Part shown: one piece after another, positions 58,635 to 64,000 of the stretch | How positions within the stretch are numbered: position 1 is the stretch's first letter | Layout of the letters: each line of letters opens with the position of its first letter | Source of the DNA: a bacterium | Lineage (GTDB): Bacteria; Krumholzibacteriota; Krumholzibacteriia; LZORAL124-64-63 | Reading direction: 5' to 3' | DNA: 64,000 nucleotides | Assembly (NCBI GenBank): GCA_031441465.1 | Contig: JANOEP010000013.1 | Span: forward strand, 1-64,000 | Position numbers and translations under genes: made by a program | The notes under the pieces: model-generated | The model's input: only the letters and a program-made list of their open reading frames with translations | The model's database searches: none | Told to the model about the DNA's origin: nothing

Positions 58635-60494
58635 TCAATCGTCGGCGGCCACGGCCGCCCGGATCTCCGCCATGAACAGCTCCCCGTACCGCCGCAGCTT
58701 CGTCTCCCCCACCCCGCTCAGCAGCATGAACGCCTCGGGCGACGCCGGCCGGTGCTGCGCCATGGCCGCCAGCGTGCGGTCGTGGAAGATCACGTAGGGC
58801 GGCACGCCCTGCTCGACGGCCAGCCCGTGCCGCAGGACGCGCAGCCGCTCGAACAGCGTGGCGGTGGCGGCGTCGACCTCGACCTCCGGATCGACGATCA
58901 AGGCGGCCGGCGCCCGGCGCTTGCGCTCCTTCGGCGCGGCGCGCGTCAGCACGTCCCGCCGCAGCCGCAGTTCGCGCCCGCCGTTGAGCACGGACCCGGC
59001 CGCCGCCGTCAGGCGCAGGCCGCCGTAGCCCTCGGGATCCAGGGCCAACAAACCCAGCGCGACCAGCTGCCTGAACACACTGCGCCAGCCGAAGTCGTCG
59101 AGTTCGACGCCGATCCCGTAGGTCGACAGGCGGTCGTGCCCGAGGCTCCGCACCCGTTCGTTCCCGCTGCCGCGCAGCACGTCAATCACGTGCTGGGCGC
59201 CGAAACGCTGGCCCGTGCGCGCCACGCACGACAGGGCCTTCTGGGCGACCACCGTGCCGTCGTAGGTGTCCGGCGGCTCGAGGCAGGTGTCGCAGTTGCC
59301 GCAGGGTTCGGCCATCACCTCGCCGAAGTAGGCGAGCAGGCGCTGGCGGCGGCAGTCGGTCACCTCGCAGTAGCCGAGCATGGCGTCCAGCTGCTGCAGG
59401 TTGCGACGGCGGTGCATCTCGTCGCCCTCGGAAGCGTCGACGAGCTTGCGCAGCATCACCACGTCCTGCAGGCCGTAGCAGAGCCAGGCGTCGGCGGGCA
59501 GGCCGTCGCGGCCGGCGCGTCCCGTCTCCTGGTAGTAGCCCTCGACGCTCTTGGGCAGGTCCAGGTGGGCCACGAAACGCACGTCGGGCTTGTCGATACC
59601 CATGCCGAAGGCGATGGTCGCGCACACGACCAGGCCGTCCTCGCGCCGGAAGCGCTCCTGGTGGCGGCGGCGGGTCTTGGCGTCCAGCCCCGCGTGATAA
59701 GGCACCGCGGCGATGCCCTGCTCGTTGAGGAACTTCGCCGTTTCCTCGGTCTTCTTGCGCGCTAGGCAGTAGACGATGCCGGCGTCACCGGCGTGTTCGG
59801 CGCGCAGGAACTCCAGCAGCTGGCGGCGGGGGTTGTCCTTGGGCACGACCCGGTAGCGGATGTTCGGCCGGTCGAAACCCCCGATGAACACGCGCCCGCT
59901 CCCCAGCCGCAGGTTATGCAGGATCTCCTCGCGGGTGCGCTCGTCGGCCGTCGCGGTGCAGGCCAGCCGCGGCACATGCGGGTACCGCTCGGCCAGCACG
60001 TCCAGCTGCAGGTACTCCGGCCGGAAGTCGTGTCCCCACTGGGAGACGCAGTGGGCCTCGTCGATGGCGAACAGGGCCAGGCCCGCCGGCGCCGGGGCTC
60101 GTGCGACCTCGTCCAGCAGTTCGAGCGTGCGCTCCTGCAGCAGGCGTTCGGGCGCCACGTAGAGCAGGTCCAGTTCACCGCGCAGCAACCGGGCCTCCAC
60201 CCGGCGGCCCTCGGCGGCGCTCAGGCTGGAGTTGAGGAACGCTGCCCGCAAGCCGAGCTGCAGCAGTGCGTCCACCTGGTCCTGCATCAGGGCGATCAGC
60301 GGCGAGACGACGATCCCCGTACCGTCGCGCAACAGCGCCGGGATCTGGTAGCAGAGCGACTTGCCGCCGCCGGTGGGCATCAGCAGCAGCGCGTCGCCCC
60401 CGCGCGCCAGGTGGTCGACAACCTCGGCCTGGTGGCCGCGGAAGGCGGGATATCCGTAGACGGATTTGAGGATGTCCAGGGCGGTGCGGTTCAT
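58635..60494 (-). CDS. recQ: DNA helicase RecQ
   Basis: [22 protein letters not shown], Zn-binding Cys cluster, RQC, HRDC (VPPYVIF). Confidence 0.96.
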   Translation of the reverse strand: MNRTALDILKSVYGYPAFRGHQAEVVDHLARGGDALLLMPTGGGKSLCYQIPALLRDGTGIVVSPLIALMQDQVDALLQLGLRAAFLNSSLSAAEGRRVEARLLRGELDLLYVAPERLLQERTLELLDEVARAPAPAGLALFAIDEAHCVSQWGHDFRPEYLQLDVLAERYPHVPRLACTATADERTREEILHNLRLGSGRVFIGGFDRPNIRYRVVPKDNPRRQLLEFLRAEHAGDAGIVYCLARKKTEETAKFLNEQGIAAVPYHAGLDAKTRRRHQERFRREDGLVVCATIAFGMGIDKPDVRFVAHLDLPKSVEGYYQETGRAGRDGLPADAWLCYGLQDVVMLRKLVDASEGDEMHRRRNLQQLDAMLGYCEVTDCRRQRLLAYFGEVMAEPCGNCDTCLEPPDTYDGTVVAQKALSCVARTGQRFGAQHVIDVLRGSGNERVRSLGHDRLSTYGIGVELDDFGWRSVFRQLVALGLLALDPEGYGGLRLTAAAGSVLNGGRELRLRRDVLTRAAPKERKRRAPAALIVDPEVEVDAATATLFERLRVLRHGLAVEQGVPPYVIFHDRTLAAMAQHRPASPEAFMLLSGVGETKLRRYGELFMAEIRAAVAADD

Positions 60495-60628
60495 GGGGGC
60501 AGGCTAGCCAGAAGCAGGCCCGGGAGCAAGGGCGGAGCGCGTGGGCGCTTGCCTCCCGGCGGTGAGCGGGATCTCGCCGGGAATGGCGTCGTGATCGGCG
60601 GGGCCCGTCACAGGAGACGCTCGACCGG

Positions 60629-61108
60629 TCAAGAACTGCTCAGATAGGTGATGTTGAGCAGCACGTCCGTGACCTCCCCAGAGATCACGGTCACGGGCGT
60701 CAGGCTCATGTCATCCCCGAAATAGCACATGTAGTACTCGTCATTTTCAACGATGAACACGCTGTAGTTCCCGGGAGGCAGCTCCACCTGGAAGAACCCC
60801 GTCCGGTCGGAAGTCGTCCGGGCGATTTCCTGCTTGTGGATCTCGCTAAAGAATTCCGGAGTGGATCCTGGCGTCGCGTCTTCGAGCGTCGTCGACTCGA
60901 ACACCACGACCTCACGCGACACCGCCCGCACATGGCCCTGCGGGCAGGTCGGCATGAAGTCCCCCTCGAAGAACCAGACGTCGCCCCACAGGCCCTGGGT
61001 GATGGTCACTTCAGCCGCGTTGCGCCGGGGTCGGCTGTCGCCGGGACAGCCCTTGTCGCAGCCCGCCATGAAGATTGATGCCAGCAGCATCGAAACGATG
61101 GGGAACAT
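60629..61108 (-). CDS. Hypothetical lipoprotein with carboxypeptidase-regulatory-like domain
   Basis: MAGC lipobox, GDFMP, SDRTGFFQVELPPGNYSVF. Confidence 0.7.
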   Translation of the reverse strand: MFPIVSMLLASIFMAGCDKGCPGDSRPRRNAAEVTITQGLWGDVWFFEGDFMPTCPQGHVRAVSREVVVFESTTLEDATPGSTPEFFSEIHKQEIARTTSDRTGFFQVELPPGNYSVFIVENDEYYMCYFGDDMSLTPVTVISGEVTDVLLNITYLSSS

Positions 61109-61178
61109 CTCCATCCTCCCGGGTAGATGGACAGAACGCCGCCGTGCGCACAGCTGGTACCGCATCCGCGCGCTCGCG

Positions 61179-61802
61179 TCATGCCCCTCCAGTATACCCG
61201 CACACACCCATCCGGGGTGAATTCACGACCGGCAGCAACGAATCCTCCCCGCACGGGTGATCCACCGTGTGGGCTTCGCAAAAGAAACCGTCGTCGCCGC
61301 CGGAACAAGACGCACACACGCTGACCGCCGGCAGGCCGCACACGTCGCAGAACCACACAGGGGCCTCGTTGCGGGCTGCGATCAGTGCGCTCTTCAGAGG
61401 AGCCGCCTCGACATCGCCGACATGGCTGACGACGAGTCGGGTGAATGAGCCGAAGTCGTACTCGTAGCCCAGGCGCGATCCCGGCAGACCCAGAACCTCG
61501 CCGATCGACCTGGTCATGCCGACCGGTCCAGTCTGCTTGTGATAGAATTCGCTCAGATGTCCACAACACTCGAGCCAGATCCGGCGTAGGAGATCATCGA
61601 CCGTCTTCAACTTGGCGGCAGGCCGGGTCGCGATGATCAGCCACATCATCGGATCGTCGCGAGCCTGGGCTCGCAGCAGCAAGATTTTCGTGCGCTCAGC
61701 GCCGCTCGTTTCCTGAAGACACTTCCGAACATGCGCGCCCATCGCGGCCTTGGTCGTGCGTGCACCACACAACTCGCAGTTTCCAAACGAAATTTGTCTC
61801 AC
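61179..61802 (-). CDS. Cys-rich protein, pRiA4b ORF3-like
   Basis: CELC, WLECCGHLS, YEYDFG, CDVC..CASC, NSPRMGVCGY. Confidence 0.7.
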   Translation of the reverse strand: MRQISFGNCELCGARTTKAAMGAHVRKCLQETSGAERTKILLLRAQARDDPMMWLIIATRPAAKLKTVDDLLRRIWLECCGHLSEFYHKQTGPVGMTRSIGEVLGLPGSRLGYEYDFGSFTRLVVSHVGDVEAAPLKSALIAARNEAPVWFCDVCGLPAVSVCASCSGGDDGFFCEAHTVDHPCGEDSLLPVVNSPRMGVCGYTGGA

Positions 61803-61848
61803 GGCGAGAATCCCTCCCGACGATCGCCGCCTCCTGCGCGCCTCCGGT

Positions 61849-62739
61849 TCACGACCCTAAACGATCCAGCCGCGACTCGACGATCTCCGCCAGTCGAACG
61901 CGCAGATCAACGCTCAGCTCCGAATCGACGATCATCCCCAGGTACTCGTCGCGCAGTGCCACCAACTCGCCGAGCTTGCGCCCGGCATATTCCGGCACGA
62001 CCCCCAGCCGCCCCGCGAACGCGAGGAAGTCGTCCCGCCGCAGGCGACTCCGCCTGCCGCCGACGGTGAGCGCGAGTTCCTCCTGCTCGCCGGGGATCAC
62101 CAGTCGCGAGGACACCAGGTCGTAGGCCGGGCTGAGCGCGACCGTGCCGTCCTCGTCGGTCAGCAGCGAGAAGTTCTTGCGGTGGGCGTCGCCGTTGCCG
62201 ACGGCGAAGTTGAAGATCGTCAGCTCGAAGAGCCTCTGGCATTCGAGCGGCGCGAACGTGCAGTGCTCGCCGATGACGCGGGCGATCTGCTCATGGCTGC
62301 CGGCGTACTTGTCGGGACCGCCGAGGATCTGGTGCATGTCCTCGCAGGCGAGCTTTTCGACGCGCCTTCCCTTCGCGAACCGGTCGAACCGCTTCACGAG
62401 GTATGCGGGCTGGCCGTCGGCCAGCTCCAGCAGCAAACACGTCGCCGTGCGCAGGCCGAACCTGCGCCCCATCCGCATGCACAGGTACTCGTTCTGCGGT
62501 AGTTCGCGGAAGGACTGAGTCTGCGGCTTGAGGATGAACCGGCCGCCGCGCGCGACGGGCACGAGCCGGCCACCGTCGAGGCGCACCGACAGCTTCGGCT
62601 GGACGCCGGAGATGCTGAGCCTGCCGGCCAGCTTCTGCGCCTCGCCGGCGATCTCGCCCGACGTGATGGGGATGGTCGGCCGGATGGGCTTGCCGAACAT
62701 TGCGCGGAGCGTTTGGTCGTCGTCGTCAATCGGTGTCAT
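61849..62739 (-). CDS. hipT: HipT-like kinase toxin (HipA C-terminal domain only)
   Basis: SISGVQPK, ILKP, KRFDR, GNGDAHRKNFS, LSPAYDL. Confidence 0.88.
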   Translation of the reverse strand: MTPIDDDDQTLRAMFGKPIRPTIPITSGEIAGEAQKLAGRLSISGVQPKLSVRLDGGRLVPVARGGRFILKPQTQSFRELPQNEYLCMRMGRRFGLRTATCLLLELADGQPAYLVKRFDRFAKGRRVEKLACEDMHQILGGPDKYAGSHEQIARVIGEHCTFAPLECQRLFELTIFNFAVGNGDAHRKNFSLLTDEDGTVALSPAYDLVSSRLVIPGEQEELALTVGGRRSRLRRDDFLAFAGRLGVVPEYAGRKLGELVALRDEYLGMIVDSELSVDLRVRLAEIVESRLDRLGS

Positions 62740-63055
62740 CGGCCGCCCTCCGCACGCCGACCGCCCCGATGCAGTCGTCGCAGGTGCTCAACAACAGGCC
62801 GAAGGTGTCGCTCTCGTCCACCTTGATCGTGCGCGCGACGATGCGCAGGTACCATCCCTCGGGTACCAGCCCGGCAAAGTATGGGAAGAGCGCCGGCGAC
62901 TCGAACGGTTCCGGCTGCAGCGGCAGCGTCAACGAGACGGCCGGGCCGACGGACAGGTAGGCCGGGTCGTAGACGAATCGGTAGGCGCCCGAATCCAGTT
63001 CGGTGAGCACGCCCGCCCGCCGATCGCGGTAATACACGCTCCCCCGGCGCATCAC
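62726..63055 (-). CDS. hipS: HipS-like protein (standalone HipA N-terminal domain)
   Basis: SLTLP, FAGLVPEGW, DCIGAV. Confidence 0.88.
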   Translation of the reverse strand: MMRRGSVYYRDRRAGVLTELDSGAYRFVYDPAYLSVGPAVSLTLPLQPEPFESPALFPYFAGLVPEGWYLRIVARTIKVDESDTFGLLLSTCDDCIGAVGVRRAADDTD

Positions 63056-63246
63056 GACCTGGGCCTCACGTGAAGCTCGTGACCGAGCAGGTCGAGCACC
63101 TGCTTCACCTTGTCGAGACGGACGGTGGGCTTGCCCCGCTCCAGTTCGCGGACGAACCGCAGGCCCACTCCCGCGCGCTCGGCCAGATCGGCCTGTGTCA
63201 GGCCGGCCGCCTTGCGGAGTTTCTTGATTTGGGAGGCGAGGTTCAT
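63052..63246 (-). CDS. hipB: HipB / y4mF-type HTH regulator
   Basis: LTQADLAERAGVGLRFVRELERGKPTVRLDKV. Confidence 0.9.
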   Translation of the reverse strand: MNLASQIKKLRKAAGLTQADLAERAGVGLRFVRELERGKPTVRLDKVKQVLDLLGHELHVRPRS

Positions 63247-63252
63247 GTCAAT

Positions 63253-63413
63253 ATCCCTGATCGGGTATATTCTTACTGATCACTTCTGGATGATCCATGA
63301 ATTTGCGACGTTCGTCAATAAAGAACGTCCCCGATAGGGTGTCTTTAAGTGTCTTCTTGCCGATCAAGTCAACTGTTACTGGCCTGCGACTTTTATTATA
63401 CCCTATAGGGTAT
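63253..63413. promoter_or_regulatory. Three 16-bp palindromic operators upstream of hipBST
   Basis: ATCCCTGATCGGGTAT (63253), GTCCCCGATAGGGTGT (63327), ATACCCTATAGGGTAT (63398). Confidence 0.65.
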
Positions 63414-63535
63414 GAATTTATACAACTCTCCAGACATCCGCGATGGGTGGATCATGGCACAATCATGCGACGGGGGGGGCCACGAAGCGCACGTCGGGCT
63501 GGTCGGTGCCCATGCCGAAGCCGATGGATGACCGA

Positions 63536-64000
63536 TCACTCGACCAGCGACAGCTTGATCGCGATCCGTTCAGCGCCGGCGCACAACCGCGCCATGTAGA
63601 CGCCTCCGGCCAGCGTACGGCCCGTATCGTCGCGCCCGTCCCAGTTCACGGCGACGGTACCGGCGGGTCGAACCTCGTCCAGCAACCTGCGCACGCGACG
63701 GCCTCGCGAGTCAAACACGTCCAGGGTGGCGCGTGCGGGAGCCGGCAGGAAGAACGTGATCGTCGTGCTGGGATTGAACGGATTGGGGCGGCACGGGAAG
63801 AGCGTGGCCACGCCGGGCGTCTCCCCATCGGAGCCGGTCGTCTGATTACCGGAGGGATCGGTGGGCGCCGACTCGTTGCCTGCAAAATCCACCGCCGAGA
63901 TCCGGTAGTACGCCTGGAATCCTCCGTCGCCATCCAGCCAGGAGGTCGAAACGGTCATGTGGCCGGGGCTCCCGGGATCGATGACGAAATCGGGCGTGTC
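63536..64000 (-). CDS. C-terminal part of a protein with FlgD-Ig type domain (partial)
   Basis: YYRISAVDFAGNES, PNPFNP, WDGRDDTG, GVY; frame open to the window edge. Confidence 0.85.
   Translation of the reverse strand, partial: DTPDFVIDPGSPGHMTVSTSWLDGDGGFQAYYRISAVDFAGNESAPTDPSGNQTTGSDGETPGVATLFPCRPNPFNPSTTITFFLPAPARATLDVFDSRGRRVRRLLDEVRPAGTVAVNWDGRDDTGRTLAGGVYMARLCAGAERIAIKLSLVE

Noticed and set aside
1..64000. tRNA, rRNA, tmRNA, RNase P or SRP RNA genes
   Set aside because: No characteristic conserved motifs found in the intergenic regions by eye; a covariance-model scan would be needed to exclude them.

Overview
High-GC (about 70% by eye) bacterial DNA. Several secreted proteins end in a 'PNPFNP...WDG' FlgD-Ig-type C-terminal domain, which suggests an FCB-group lineage such as Krumholzibacteriota or Latescibacterota (inference). 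Bases 1-8.9 kb hold a Cus-like metal efflux operon (CusA partial, CusB, TolC, metal-binding protein) with a sigma-54 two-component system. Bases 9-44 kb are mostly housekeeping and envelope genes (5'-nucleotidase, TlyA-like, beta-decarboxylating dehydrogenase, ttcA, aminopeptidase, HerA-like ATPase, exonuclease, ilvE, MFS, hflX, CPA2, HU, TerC, hydrolases), with several unexplained intergenic palindromes and repeats. Bases 44-64 kb are accessory. They contain a decayed copy of the 3' end of a 1507-aa secreted metalloprotease gene, a small island (IS1380, IS21 and IS110 remnants, hipBA) and a well-structured IS110 right-end non-coding region. They also contain the intact metalloprotease gene divergent from an ECF sigma / Ser-Thr kinase pair, a Doc toxin-antitoxin pair, recQ and a tripartite hipBST module. 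No rRNA, tRNA or CRISPR array was seen. All calls come from motif recognition by eye; no searches were run.
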